A program made the translations under genes and the position numbers. Shown here one piece after another: positions 1-14,170 of a stretch of 64,000 nucleotides of DNA. The notes beneath the pieces were generated by a model that was not told where the DNA came from, ran no database searches, and saw only the letters and a list, made by a program, of their open reading frames with translations. Position 1 is the first letter of the stretch. Each line of letters starts with the position of its first letter. The DNA is from Paraphysomonas bandaiensis (lineage: Eukaryota; Protista; Chrysophyceae), in contig CBFFRP010000120.1 in the NCBI GenBank assembly GCA_965644295.1, positions 55,639-119,638 on the forward strand, read 5' to 3'.

Positions 1-1675
1 ACATACATACATGTAGTGTACATACATATATGTATGTACAGAGCAGCAGTGTATGTACAGCAGTATGTGTATGTATGGTATGTACTCTATAAGTATGTAC
101 GTAGATGCAAGTGGGAACATCTCCCTACCAAAGATTCTATAGTAAGGGTTCCTCCTCCCACCACACACTCCTATTAGCCAATAGTTAAGTATTATGATAA
201 TATCATTCGTCATAAAGATACAGGAGTATGAGTATGTGAAAAAAACACTTGCTGACAATCGGTTTAACCCAATAACAGACACACATATACTTTGTAGCAG
301 TATCGTATACTGCTGTACATACGGTGGAAAAATAAGGCTTTTTATATTTTGCTGAATTCGAAAAATCGGCTTTTTCTAGAGTTTGCTATATTTTTTGTGT
401 GTGCAAAGCAAAGTCGTCTAAATTGGGACAACATTGTGGGTAGTCCTATATTTGCTATATGAGTCGGAGGGTAGCATTGTGACCAAGAAGCTAATCGAAG
501 ACGAACTGGCAGTTGTACTGCATGAATCACTGTGATACACACTATTCTTATACCTGTCATGGTTAGGAGATGCCTTCAGAAACTCCACTCCCTCTTTGCC
601 GGCCATATGGCATCACACTGCAGCCTCCACAAGACTGCTCTGTGTCTAATTGAGGGCACCTCAGTGCCTCCTGTTCACAAATGTCTATATGCCTAAGGTC
701 TTGGTATCGCTTCCTAGGAGCAGAACCGTGAGAATTTGTAGCTCATTCATTGCAAATTGTAAATGTAGAAAGTGATTATTGAATTTTTGTGTGGATGTAG
801 ATGTCAGTTGATATTTTCAAGTACAATATTTGTTATTAAGATATACATTTATGTAACGCAATTCTCTCTATTTATTGTGTTTTATTTAGTCCTACTTTTC
901 ATCATCTATTACTGTAGTCTATATTCACAATATACAGTGTTTCTGGCAGTATGTATTCACAGACACCACTGGGCATTGATGCAGCCCTTTAATGAGTTTT
1001 ATAGTGTTGTACGACAGAGATAATACTTTCTTACAATTTCATTCTGATTGCGGTTCGTATAAGCGTGTACACACAAAAGGTATACAATGGCTTGAAATCC
1101 CTGCACATACTTGAGTCAGGTTCCTACTCTAGTGGTCTTAAAATTGGCTCTGTGTCCTTCTTCTTTTGTCAACAGTTCTTTTGAATGTATCCCTTCTTGT
1201 TGCATTTAGGATAAAAATGTACAATGTTTTGGTCAATAGATCCTTCAATTGACCCTTAGCTTGTTCGCACCTATGACATATAGCTACCATCTTATCGAAA
1301 GATAAAGCTGTTCCAAGTCAGATTATTCAGGTTCTAATGTTGCTTACAGTTTAGTGTTTTTTAATGCATCTGTAGGGGATTCACCCAACTCAGCCGCGTT
1401 TGCATAATTCAGTTGAGTCGATACTGCTGTATACTATCTCTCCAGGTGAAATTTCACTAATATAGTTATATTTTACCACGGGCAAAACGAAGTTTCAAAA
1501 CTTAGACAAGGGATGATGCCCTTTATTCCTAGTAGATGAAATTGTAGTCTATCCTTGTAATGTAGCTAGAGTGTATAGCTATTGTAGCTTGCTTGCTGTA
1601 AAAAGAAATAGGTGTTCCCTGATTAACATTATGAAAACAAAAGAAACACCAAAATCCTGCTTTAAAACAATGACA

Positions 1676-2139
1676 TATTGAAAGTCTTATTATTTACCTA
1701 TAGGCGTTAAAAATCTGCACCAATGTAGTGGCTAGCTGAATGCTAGACAGACTATTTAGACCTTTATCCATAACTAATCAGCACTCTATTATACTACTAT
1801 TTTGCGCTACATTAGCTGCTTTTGCGTCGCAAGCACCACGGTGCGACCACTTCCGTCCTTATTGTTGATTGTGAGTTTCACCATGATCGTATGTCCCAGG
1901 ACTCACTGGCGCGTGTTATCAGGGGGTCTCCCCTCTTGGGATGAGATTCCACTGGGCTTTTTGTGGTGGTACCGGGTTCTGTAGGAAGGTCCTGAGTGTA
2001 CCGAGTGCTAGGTGTGTGGGCTGAGAGTTGGGTGGGGAGTTGGAATGTGAATGTGAAATGTGAATGTGGAATGTGAATGTGGCGCTGTCTCAGTGCACTG
2101 TTTGGGCCTCGGGCATAGGTAGAGTTGCCGGAGACGGCG
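1676..2139 (-). mobile_element. 5'-truncated LINE copy (3' end/UTR only)
   Basis: Colinear with 51638-51816 plus 52966-53225 of the larger LINE copy. Flanked by a 13-bp TSD with one mismatch: TAAAACAATGACA (1663-1675) and TAAAACAATGGCA (2140-2152). Confidence 0.8.
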
Positions 2140-3015
2140 TAAAACAATGGCAGTTACGTAAGGAAGTGATATTTGGACTAGACTAATTTCTGTAATACAC
2201 CTACAACAAATATACCCCTACCACAAAAGGATACTGAGGGAATAGCAACTGCGAGGTATTGAAATTCGTACATAAGTGTGTTGATGAATATGAAAAATAG
2301 TAGACGCACGAAGCTGCTTGAAGTACAACCCTGAAAGGGCTGGGTGCCATTGCTCCTAATCACCTATACCCTATACAGCAACAGAAGTATTGTTTCGAAG
2401 TTCAGGTTACGAAGACAGGTCGCTTGCACTTTCAGCATTATGATCTCCTACAGCAGATGAGGGATGGAAGATGACTTGGAATGTGATGGTGAATGTCTAT
2501 ATTATGAGCATTCTGTTGAATGTTGTGCCCAATTCAGGTCAAAACTTTTTTCGAGATCAATTAAAATGTATTAATTATTCCGTAGTGAAGGGCTAAAGTG
2601 CTGAAACGCCAGTATAAAGTCTAGCAAGAACTGAAAGGAAACAAAGCTTAAATTAATATATAATGCTCAATGTCACCACGAATTGAACTAATTGAAAACA
2701 CCAATATTTATTTATCACTTTATATTAAAAAGTTAACAATGAGTGATATTGATTAAAAAATATGTTTATAGCAAAAATGGTAAACCCTCACTAAAGTTGT
2801 ACAATTCGATCGCAATATGCCATATGTTGCTGAGTGGAAAAATCACTCTAATGAATCAATGATAAATGTATCACTGTAGCGCTACGACAGGCTTTTTTAA
2901 TTCAATGAATAGGAAAATGATACATCTGTGATATGAATACTCATATAACGTCAACATTGCAACAAGGGACTTAGTATATATTGCAGCTCGCGTGATCATG
3001 ATGACATACTCCGAC

Positions 3016-6000
3016 TTAGAGATAACAATGTTCAACAGCCCTAACTTCTGAAGACAGCTCATCCATGGACTTATAACCCTCATCTTGTTCTCCACCAGCC
3101 CCACGAGTATTCTGGGAATTCATTCTGGCAATGGGCGGGGCTGTTGTTTCTCTCTGTCTTGTGGCTACACTAATCGCCCTTGGCGAGTAAGAGTCGAACG
3201 ACAGCATACCCCATATCGAGTGCATTCCTGTACGTTTCCCACGGAGTCGCTGCTGTCCTGTTTCAAATTCCATATCTGAACTTTCAAAATTATGTTTTTC
3301 TACAGCGTCATCAGACGTATTAAAGCATTCCGCGCTCTCGACTTCACGGTTCTTCGGCGAAAATAGATTCTTCGGAGAAAAGGATTCGAGCATCAACGTA
3401 CTCCACGTTGGACGACGAACAGCCGCAGAAGTATTCGACTGGTGTTGCTCTCCTGATGTACCAAGAATTGTGTCTGCAGGGCACATGCCCTCATCAACAT
3501 TCAACTCTTCTTCATTGCCACCTATACGTTCTTCGAAAAATCTTCGACCAGTTTGAGCAATTCTGGTTTCATTCTCTTGCTTACCCTCTCCTTTCTCTAG
3601 ACGACTGTTAATATCACGTGGAGAGTGTGTCATGACACGGGGCGATTCTGTGTGGAAGAATCGTCTAGGGGAAAGACTCTCCAACATCATATCGTTCCAT
3701 GACGGATCTTTTTTTCCTAAACTACCTAGACAAGACGACCCTTCACAGTCATCACCTGAATCATTATCAAAGTCATCCTTGTCAACATCGATATCGTCTT
3801 CCTCAATTGTTGGGGGAGGTTGTACAATACAACTACTCCTTCGCTTATCCCAATGGCCGTCATATAATTTCCCAATGTCTTGTGTTGCAGAATCCATATC
3901 GGCATTCAATACTCTGGGAGAAGCAGATTCTGAGGTTTGCACTAGTGCGGCTTTACGTAAGGACTGCATACGCTTTTTATGTTTCCAGAAAATATAAATC
4001 GCAATCTGATAAACTAACACAACCATGACAATTGCAGATATCCATGGCTTCCTTATTGCCACAGAAATAGTATAGAACAGCGCGGTAATGAAAGCCGGCT
4101 GTATTGTATGTACTGTAACAGTGGTTAGGAGAAGTTCATTGGTAATATGTTGAATACATACCAATCAGGCGCTGAATAGATAGTGGTAGTGTACCAATGC
4201 TTTTCATTATTCCAACAACAGTTAGCGCTGATGCCCACCGGTTCAGAAGATTAAACATTCGATGGTATATAGGTAAGGACTGTACTTTCAAAGTGTTTCG
4301 AATTTCATCGGCTAACCGACCACCCATATACGTTCGATAAGATAGAATGACCGAACTCTCAAAGAGATGTGGGAACTCGTTAGCCACTTGGTTGGAAACG
4401 AACATATACTGTGGGACATTCAGTAAAAGATTCCTGGGAGGGGCTTCGCAAAAAGATGTATCTACAGCACGGTACAGAGCTTGTACGGCCTTCTCGACAT
4501 CATCGCGAGCCTGTTTCAAAGTTATAGTTATACGTTTACTAGCACCATATATACTACCAATGAAGGCACCGAATAATTGATCCACACACATTCCATCGTC
4601 TACAAAACACTGTTAACAAAATAATGCAGAAAAATAGGTTAACCGATACCTCGTACAGGCACACCTCAATGACCATCTCTACAGCCCAATTAGAACAGTA
4701 ACAACAATGTGAATACTAAAAAACTTACGGATTGCACAGGCTGTGATATAGCTATACTGCCAGAACTTATCACGATGACTTGCGCGCAATAAAGTAAAGA
4801 GTATGAAAAACATGTTAATCAGAAACACGATAAACCAAGTTGCACCCTTCGCAAATTTCGTAACAACAAAGCTATGCTTGAACCTGGATAAAAATATTTT
4901 AACATGAGTTGTGAGATAATACGCCTTCTCACTCTTCTTCTGTCTTGTATTCATATATTTTAGCCTCAGGAGTAGTCCTGAATATGAATTACTACGATAG
5001 GGTGGTTCAGTAGTATCAAGGTGTTACCGTCCAAGGAAGTCGGAAACAAACAAGTGACAAAGCTCCAGTCCGACTGATAAAGTTACACACACTTTAGAAA
5101 GTATGATATCCTTACATACCATGTATGTCTGATGCGTACTTAAGTTTCTCAATTTTTGCTTTAGCTATTCTATCCACACTAATAATCTCTTTCTGTATGA
5201 AGGCCGTGATGGAAATGTGTCGTTCGCCACACAAACTTCTTGGTCGAGTAAATACCCTTACTTCACCGGTTTCTCTGTCCACGCTGCGATGAATTCAGGT
5301 TACTACGTCACCAAGAAAGTACAGCACACTTACAGCCAGGAGCTGCAAAACCGCCGCCTAGATTCCCCATTCAGTACATGGCATTGTCGGGACAGTAATG
5401 ACATGAACTCAGAATAAGTGTCACTTGATTTCTTTGTTACACCACATGGCAGCTTGTTTGAGACAGTCGATATCCGTGTTTCGACATCAGAATCCAAATT
5501 GGAGCTCACACTTAAACGATGTTGTGACTGCTCTCGGGATTTCCTCAAAACCATTGAGGTCATTGCATGCGAATGAACCAGAGCAACCGACACTTTTCTT
5601 GTTTCATCTACTACAAGCTTTTCTTTCATATTGAAGAGTGTGAAGCTGCTCACCATACGAGGAACACCAGATATGGAAGAGAAAGTCTTGGTTATCACCC
5701 TACGTATTCTTTCGTTTGCATGATTAGAAGTATCAGACATAGCTTTCAGAGCTTTCTCATCGTCAGCAGTCGGCGCGGAAAGAATTTGATCAAACAAAAA
5801 GTCTTGTACAATTGTGTCACAGTTCAGCTTATACACATGTGCGTATACATACCAATAACAAAATTCACTGGTGCAGTGAAGATCGCCATGAGGGTTCCAA
5901 CAATAACTGCAGTCTAAGAGTATTTGAGTTGACGCTTTCACTCGATATACAATGATGCATACCTCTGTTGTCAGCCGAACAGTCTTGTACTCACACGTAT

Positions 6001-9000
6001 ATCCAGAGCTCGATTCATTCCATTCACATATAGTCTCGTCTCTATTGAATATTGACCTTTCATGCAGACATGATGATCTAGATTTATAAGTGGCGCATGT
6101 TCCATCATCATTAGGATACTGAAATTAAACGGTTGAAATTATACGAATACAAAAACAAATAGTATCAAATCACCTGTATGTCGTAAAATATAGCCATAAT
6201 AAACATAAGCCTAAGTATTTAAGTAAGAAACTCAGAAAAAGAACATTATAATCTTACATGCTCTGAACAGTTAGCATTTGAATGGCCACTCGTATGCGCA
6301 CACTGTCAGAGTCTGGTCCACGAGCAGCAAACATCTGCATTCAGAATAATCAAACCATCGCATCCACATAATATTATTACCAATATGTAACGATGATGCT
6401 TTCTAATTTCATCAAAAAAAGATTTCCACGTGTTTCCTTCAGGTCGAAAGATCAGGGGAAACACGCCGTCAAAATGGTGAAGGAGGTACTTGCGGAGGGA
6501 GGCTGGGCTTTCAGAATCACCAGTCGACTTTTTCTTCATTCTCGAAGCTCTGTGCGGGACGGGAGCTGTTGTTGTCGTCACCGCGTCTTGTGGGTTTATA
6601 CTGTGGTTATCAACCGCCGACACGGCAATAACAGCAAACTGAACCAGTAACCACTACAAATAAGTATTAGTAAAACTAAAAATGGAAAGTGAGAACTCAC
6701 CATCGCAGCAAACATCAAAATAACAGCAATTGAGTCTTTAAGATCTTTCACTGTTAAATCGTCTGCATAGACTATCGTTTCGTAAAAATCTTTCCCGAGA
6801 TACTCAGAAATGGCAACCACTTCCACAGACGTATCGGCAGTGAAGAGATCTGAGACGAGTCGTCGGCCAGAGGTCAAAAAACACTCACAAACGGCGTACG
6901 AGGGTGCAAAAGAGTGCAACTCACAGAAGGAATTCCCATTGATTTTCCCATTGATCACGACTGCACAAGTAGGCAAGGTTGTAACTAGTGGACACCTGAT
7001 TGTTATATTATACTTTCTACCAGTGCATTGGTGCATGATGTTGGCACTATCTGGACACGTGTAGTTAAACACTACACCCTTCTGTCCAATGTCACATTGC
7101 CAGGTATGAGAAAAATTATGGTTACGATCCACACCAAAATTTACGTCTGAGAAGGTCGACAAGTTGAAATACACAACATCAGCGATGGAAGCTTGATCAG
7201 AAATGTACAGAGAAATGGGGTTTGAAGCCATAGTCGTGCCATTTTCATAGAGAGAAGAACTGTACTCTGAAACAGTAATATGCAAATCTTCATCAAGGCT
7301 GATACTTTTATTGACAGTCACAGTAGACGGATTCAAATCAACGAAACGCTCAATGTTTGACGCAGCTGACGAAGTCATGATATCGCCAATTTTTGTCGCA
7401 GACACTACACCGATTCTCTGGCGATAAGAACTTTCAATAACTTCCACAAACTCTTGGCCAAACACGAGATCGCTCGATATAAGCAAACCCCACTGGCGAA
7501 TAAGAGCAGTGGTATTGGTAATCTGATTTTCATTATCTGCTGTGGAATTGGATTCATACACAACTAGACAGTTACTTAACACTGCTGGGATGTTAAGAAG
7601 AATATCAAAAGATATGTCAATGTCACCAATATTGAGTAGAAGTATATCGATAACGCGTCGTAAAATATCGCATCCAAGTTCAGTAAGCTCGTTGCTATTC
7701 CCACCAAGCAAATATAGAACATCAAGAAAATAAGGTGTGGTTCTATCTGATACACCTTCTTGGTCGGCAACATATTCAAGAGCACTAATCAAAGTAGTTC
7801 TCGTCTTCATTTTCTCAAAAATGTCGTCGTCAGGGAGCGCACAACTTAACCCACCATACCCGCTGTCACAAATACACATCACTTTACACAGCGGATCGCC
7901 TACTAGGCATGAGCTGACTGCAGCTCTTCGGTGAATATGTGACTTAAAACAAGTACCATGCCCTGAACAGTCCGACGGACAGCTTTTCTCCGGCCGAACA
8001 CAACTTTCACTTATGCAGTCATAAAAGAGTTCACATTCCACGGAAGATATACACTCGCCAGACACAGACATAACCGGTGCAGAAAACTCCACATTCACTA
8101 CGCCGCTGTTGTCATTTTCCGGATAACACAGTGTGTTGCCAGGTCCCACTTCGCCCGCGAAACTGTCTTTGCAAGTACCACATATATCATTGGCATGTAC
8201 ACAAGTGTTTCGATTCCACGACGAGCAGTCAATTGTACAATTGTGAGAGTTAATAGTCGAGACGCCCCATGAGACAGTCTGTCTCATGTGGTCCGTGCTA
8301 GTCTCCGCGGTACCATACATGACGCTACTTTCAATGATGGAACCAAGTTCAGCTATATCCAGTTCAGCGGGAGTCGATACAACGGAAGAGGACACCAGTC
8401 GTGAAGCCCCAACATTGTTATATGCTCGTACGGTGCATATAAGTGTGTGATCATTATCTGCAGAGCCCGCTGGTAGTAGCGTTGTAGCTGATGTCGACTC
8501 CGAGGGTGATTGGAGTACCAAATCCGCTCCATTATCAACAATGTAGCCAAATGCATACAATATAGGCAACTCAACATCTGTAAACTTTGAAGCTACAAAT
8601 CGAAATCTTTGCACCAACGCAACACCTTGCGACGGTGTAACCTTCAAGGTTCCAGGGTTCGGGGATGATACAACGGAAACTGATATGGAACTTTTCACAA
8701 ATCCACTTGAAAGCGTGAATAAGTATGATGATGCAGAAAGGAGGCTATTCGCAGGCAAAACCAGGTTGAAACTGTGCACACCTGCTGAAAGTATTGAGGA
8801 AGTTGGTGTTGAAGATACATCATCTAACGATATCCCCGTTGCGTTAGTTACCCAGGAAACATTGGCAGGGTGATACAACTCAACAGACGCCAAAACTTTT
8901 ACCTTCTTACTCGCAATACTCTTGATATTACCCGATAAAATTGTTAGTTTAGGAGATACCAGCGGCACAACGTCCACATATATGACAACCTGATCGTAAC

Positions 9001-12000
9001 GGTCACCACTGGACACCGTAAGCGTTACTTCAGAAGTGGAATTTATATAGGAGTCGTTATTCGCATTCGCATTTATAGACTGTGAAATATATGATGACAG
9101 CACAACACCACATCTGTCAGGGTTTAGAGGAGCGACCAGCTTACACTCCCATAGAAAAGACAATCCCGCGCTTTCGCCGGTTAAACCAGGAATGTCTTCA
9201 TCATAACTGGGTGAGGCATCAAGAGTCAAGAAATGTCCGAACCGGACGGAACGGTAGCCTCCCATTTTCGTTGCAGCTACAACAGCCCCAGCTAACACAA
9301 CCACTCGAGCCGATGTGGTGGATGCTTTCCCCGAGATAGAATACATCACAGACAAGTAAACAGTGTAATCTGTGGTACTTAACAGAGTGTACGCAGGAAT
9401 TCGAAAAGTAGATGGGACTCTAGATGAAGAAACTATACTGGTTAACGTGGCACTTTCGTCGTACACCTGCCACGTATACTCTAGGGCACTCGTAGTAGAT
9501 GAACCATCACATGCCTCCGTGTAGGCATTTGCATGAAGCAAAAACTCTCTACTTCTCTTAGTCTTTCGATACTTCGAACCAAACAATGACACGACAGGTA
9601 CGGACTGAGCTTCAACATTGAGAAAATGAACGACTGGCGAACTACATTTCTTCAAAAAATTGCACAGATATATGGTAATAGTGTAAGATGCATTCTCTTC
9701 GAACAGCTTCGCATTGGCTGGAGTCCTATCATCCAGGTCGTACTCATATAAATAAAAATGTTGCAACTCAGATACATTCACATCGGCTGTTGACATCACA
9801 TATATAGATACCGACTCCCATGGTCTTCCACCATCACCAGTAGATGACGACAAGTCCAGCACGAAGTTATTGCACGGCCCAATAATATTCGGGGAGGACA
9901 CTGATACATCAGGTGCTACCTGAATAGTCGGAGGGAGAACAGTTACAGTTTGTTCTTTAGATGCTGGCCAACTTAAGCAAGTACTAGCATCATATGCACT
10001 GGTACAAATAGTTCTTAGCAATCCACTTCGAAGTGTAATACTACTCCCAACTCCGATTAAAGGAGCCGAGGCTGATGTAATGTACACAGCTGATGGTGTA
10101 ACCCAATTGCATGTAGCATCGTCACTTCCTGCGAAAGAAAATAATTCAGAACAATTAAATAATGTAGCAAGTCTAGCTCTATCGGTGTCGGACTCCAACA
10201 CAACGATCAAATATATCAAATCGTTAGAAAAGCGCGCCTCAGAAATATTTGGACCAGCGGGAGCATAAAAGCTCTCAACAGAGAAATAGGTACTGGAGTA
10301 AACAATTTGATAGTCCGATGAATTTGGCCCAGCGAGAGTGAAGTTCATCTTGTATATCCCTACGGAGAGGAAGGGTGGAAGTGAAGCACTTACAGATGCG
10401 AATGAATCCGGCGTGAACACAACCACAGAAGGATGAAAGGGATACACGACTTGAAAAGTATTCGATAGTCGTACCCCGAGATCGACCGACAATTCTCCGC
10501 GTACAGTCTCTGGGAGACTAACCTGGAGTAAGTCTATGTTCGCCTCCGTATTCGACACTGATGTCCTCGACAGTTGGACGTAGATAGGAATACAACAGTG
10601 TGTACTCACAGCGATCCCATCAGATATAACATCTTCGAGTGATGTTGCAAAGCTCAATGATTCCGTCAACAAAGCGCAGTACACTACATAGTTAGTTGCT
10701 GGTGATAATCCACTGACAGCCACAGACTGAAATGTGTCAAGTGTGCTGCTGGTGACTCCATCCCTCCTGAGGGCGGTTAAAGAAAAAGGCTTTGCAGCAC
10801 CTTTATACGCATCGCACACCACTCCTCCTGGTTTGGATAAAATGAAATTAATAGTGATCTCTCGCTTTGCGACAGAGACATTGTGGTCCACAACAACTAA
10901 AGGAAAAATACTAGGAGGGGATGTCGGCTTAGTAGTAGGTTGATTACTCAGAATGAGAGTATGTTCAAAAGAAGGATAAGAACTAAACATTTCAGATGGA
11001 AATGCACTAGGAATACCAGTTGGTTCTGAGCTACCACTTGACGGCTCGGAGGTAGGAACACCAGACGGCACAGAGCTAGTTGGAACGCTTGTAGGTTCGG
11101 ATGTAGGAACGCTAGAAGGATAAAAGCTCGATGCACGTGAAGGTTCGGAGGTGGGATCAACAGAAGGTGCAGAGCTAGTAGGAGCGCTTGTAGGTTTGGA
11201 TGTAGGAACACCAGAAGAATAAAGACTTGGGCTAGTAGAAGGCTCGACGGAAGGGACACTAAAAGATGCAGAGCTAGTAGGAACGCTTGTAGGTTTGGAT
11301 GTAGGAACACCAGAAGGATAAAGACTTGGGCTAGTAGAAGGCTCGACGGAAGGGACACTAAAAGATGCAGAGCTAGTTGGAACGCTTGTAGGTTCGGATG
11401 TAGGAACGCTAGAAGGATAAAAGCTCGATGCACGTGAAGGTTCGGAGGTGGGATCAACAGAAGGTGCAGAGCTAGTAGGAGCGCTTGTAGGTTTGGATGT
11501 AGGAACACCAGAAGAATAAAGACTTGGGCTAGTAGAAGGCTCGACGGAAGGGACACTAAAAGATGCAGAGCTAGTAGGAACGCTTGTAGGTTTGGATGTA
11601 GGAACACCAGAAGGATAAAGACTTGGGCTAGTAGAAGGCTCGACGGAAGGGACACTAAAAGATGCAGAGCTAGTAGGAGCGCTTGTAGGTTTGGATGTAG
11701 GAACACCAGAAGGATAAAAGCTCGATGCACGTGAAGGTTCGGAGGTGGGATCAAAAGAAGGTGCAGAGCTTGTAAGAATGCTTGTAGGTTCGGATGTAGG
11801 AACACCAGAAGGTGAAGAGCTAGTAGGAACGTTTGTTGGTCCGGATGTAGGAACACCAAAAGGTGCAGAACTGGAAGGGGCATTGGAAGGAGGAGACGTC
11901 GGCATACCAGAAGGATAAGAGCTTGGTTCATAGGAACGATTACTGCTAGGCAGGCCTGAAGGCACACAAGTTGGCTTCTCAGAAGGCATCCCACTGGGCA

Positions 12001-13303
12001 TACCATGAGGTACAGACGACGGTAGCGGAGTGAGAGTATGAGTTTCACATATATATGAGTATTCGTCATCACTATCATGACAATTCACATTTTCCCAATA
12101 AAAGTCACTATCTATGACTACACATGACTTGGTAGTATCAGACACACTATTGTCTCCCCAATTGAGATAGGTGGGCGACGAGCCGTCTACATCCCAGCGC
12201 CAATTAGGACTGTTGCCATTACGCAAAAGACCGATCCATATTTCCGGTACGCTGCAACCCAAAAAGCTGTCGGTGATGGCAACCTCTGCCATGAATTGTG
12301 CCCTGCTGTCTTTTATCGTCAATGTACTTCCTGAATAATTAACGCAACTGTCCCATGCATGTTCATATACTCCTATATCTGTCTCTTCACTTAAATAGTA
12401 GCAATTGCTCCCATCGAATGAACTGATATATGGCTTCGGGCATACAACTGGAGTTTCACAAAACGAAGATACATATGGATCTGCTTCGCATACAAATCCT
12501 AGTTCAACATTACAATATGTGTCACTCCATTTATCGAGATTCTTCATATAAAAGCAATCTTTGTCTTCGTCTTGATAACCACCATCCCAGTTAGTATACG
12601 TGGCATTAGAGCCATCAGTCCACACGGGGTGACCTTCTGTGGAAATGTCAGAGAGACCAATGTAGAAGTCGTTCGTACACGAATTCGGGACATCTAAAGT
12701 TGTTACAAATTCAGCCTGCTCAAGGGCATCATTAATTTTAACAAGGTATCCGCCAATACTATTACAGGTCGCATTTGCAGTACCCCAATCAACTGGGCTA
12801 TAAAAAGCCCGGTAACATAAAATCCCGTTCGCAGAATGGTTAAAATGAGGTGGGCAGCATATCGACTCAGTCGGAACGGACGACGGATAGCTACTCGGCA
12901 CACCTGATGGACAAACACTTGGGAATGAGGACGGGCAAGAAGTAGGGACTGAAGTTGGCAAAGAACTAGGCGCAGCAGTGGGTACACTTGACGGACAAGA
13001 TGTAGGGGCTGCAGTTGGCCAAGAACTAGGCGTAGCAGTGGGTATACTTGACGGGCAAGGTGTAGGGGCTGGGCAAGGTGTAGGGGCTGCAGTTGGCCAA
13101 GAACTAGGCGTAGCAGTGGGTATACTTGACGGGCAAGGTGTAGGGGCTGCAGTTGGCCAAGAACTAGGCTTCGTAGTTGGAATCCCTGTGGGTAAATATA
13201 CAGGAGAGTACGAGGGAATGGGGGGTGTAGTATGAACCATATATACAAGCAATTGAATAATAAATATCACTTGAAGTTGTCTTTTGACAAAGAGTTTCAA
13301 CAT
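3016..13303 (-). CDS. Giant multi-exon polycystin-1-like cell-surface protein (signal peptide, PS/PT mucin repeats, 2 C-type lectin domains, REJ-like module, EGF-like, GPS-like Cys motif, multi-TM C-terminus)
   Basis: 2241-aa ORF 6596-13321, probable ATG at 13303 followed by a hydrophobic leader. CTLD motifs FYIGLSD..W..W..C..FVCE and WIGL..W.W..CVVI..W..C..YICE. REJ-like LDLSSSTGDGGR.W and LDASPSYDED..F.W.C. EGF-like CPSDCSGHGTC..CICDSGYGGLSC. C..CECF before the first TM. GT donor near 6700; downstream minus-strand exons (6306-6623, 5330-5941, 4679-4954, 4136-4591, 3016-4164) carry TM segments. Exon joins are approximate. Confidence 0.75.
11040..11900 (-). repeat. Coding nested tandem repeat (Pro/Ser/Thr-rich, ~99-bp units inside a 297-bp duplication)
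   Basis: Sequence at ~11101 recurs at ~11398. Encodes PSGVPTSKPTS-type repeats. A second PS/PT repeat block lies at ~12940-13170. Confidence 0.85.
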
Positions 13304-14170
13304 ACTCCCAATCCCTAGCAAAGAATAACCTCCTATTGACTTAATGTATCTCTAATATAATCCAATTAATATAATATGGATATGTACCTCCATCATGTTG
13401 ATATACACGCACAAGTATAATGAGCAGATGTCAGTGAATTGAATGACTATACAGTGACGAAGACGAAGACGAAGTCGAAGATGAAGTTAGAAGTGTTGTA
13501 GTCAGTTCAAATACGACAAGATATGGTGGGAATACAGCATCAGTATTCGTACTACTGTTTCAAGTTGTAAATGACGTACATTCATAGGACATATGGGTAT
13601 TGTACTGTTGTAATGTGTTGATCAGTACGAGGAGGTAAGTACTCCTCTATATGTACTGCTCTGCTGTTGTACTATTCTACTCTTCTGCTGTTGTATAACA
13701 GTACTCTCTTGTTGTGTTTTTTTGTATTTTCAGTTTGCATTTTCAGAACAGTAAACTGGAGGTGGGTCCATATTACATGAGCTATTTTCTCAAAAACGTA
13801 AGATTTACGAACTTTAGACATTAATTTTTCATAAAAGTGGCAGAATCTATTCTAAATATCTTGATTTATGTTATAGTAATTTGTTTCTTATAGAAATCGC
13901 GTTCAAATTCAGTCCATTTAATGTAACATTAAATTCTATCAGTCAGACCAGATTACTCTCTCTTATATAGTCTATCATTGACACAACAATGTGGGTATCG
14001 ATAGGTGACCTTGTCCGTACCTTCCTTTAGTCCTAATCTTACCCGCTATATCACATATCTTCATTCATTAGCTATGGAACTATGCAGTCCTTACTGGTTC
14101 CGATTAATAGCAGTGTATATCGATATATTATGATCAGACATGTCATATACATAGTCACAGTAACAGGAAA

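Noticed and set aside
10948-12078. 376-aa Leu-rich ORF overlapping the giant gene
   Set aside because: Alternate-frame shadow of the stop-poor Pro/Ser repeat.
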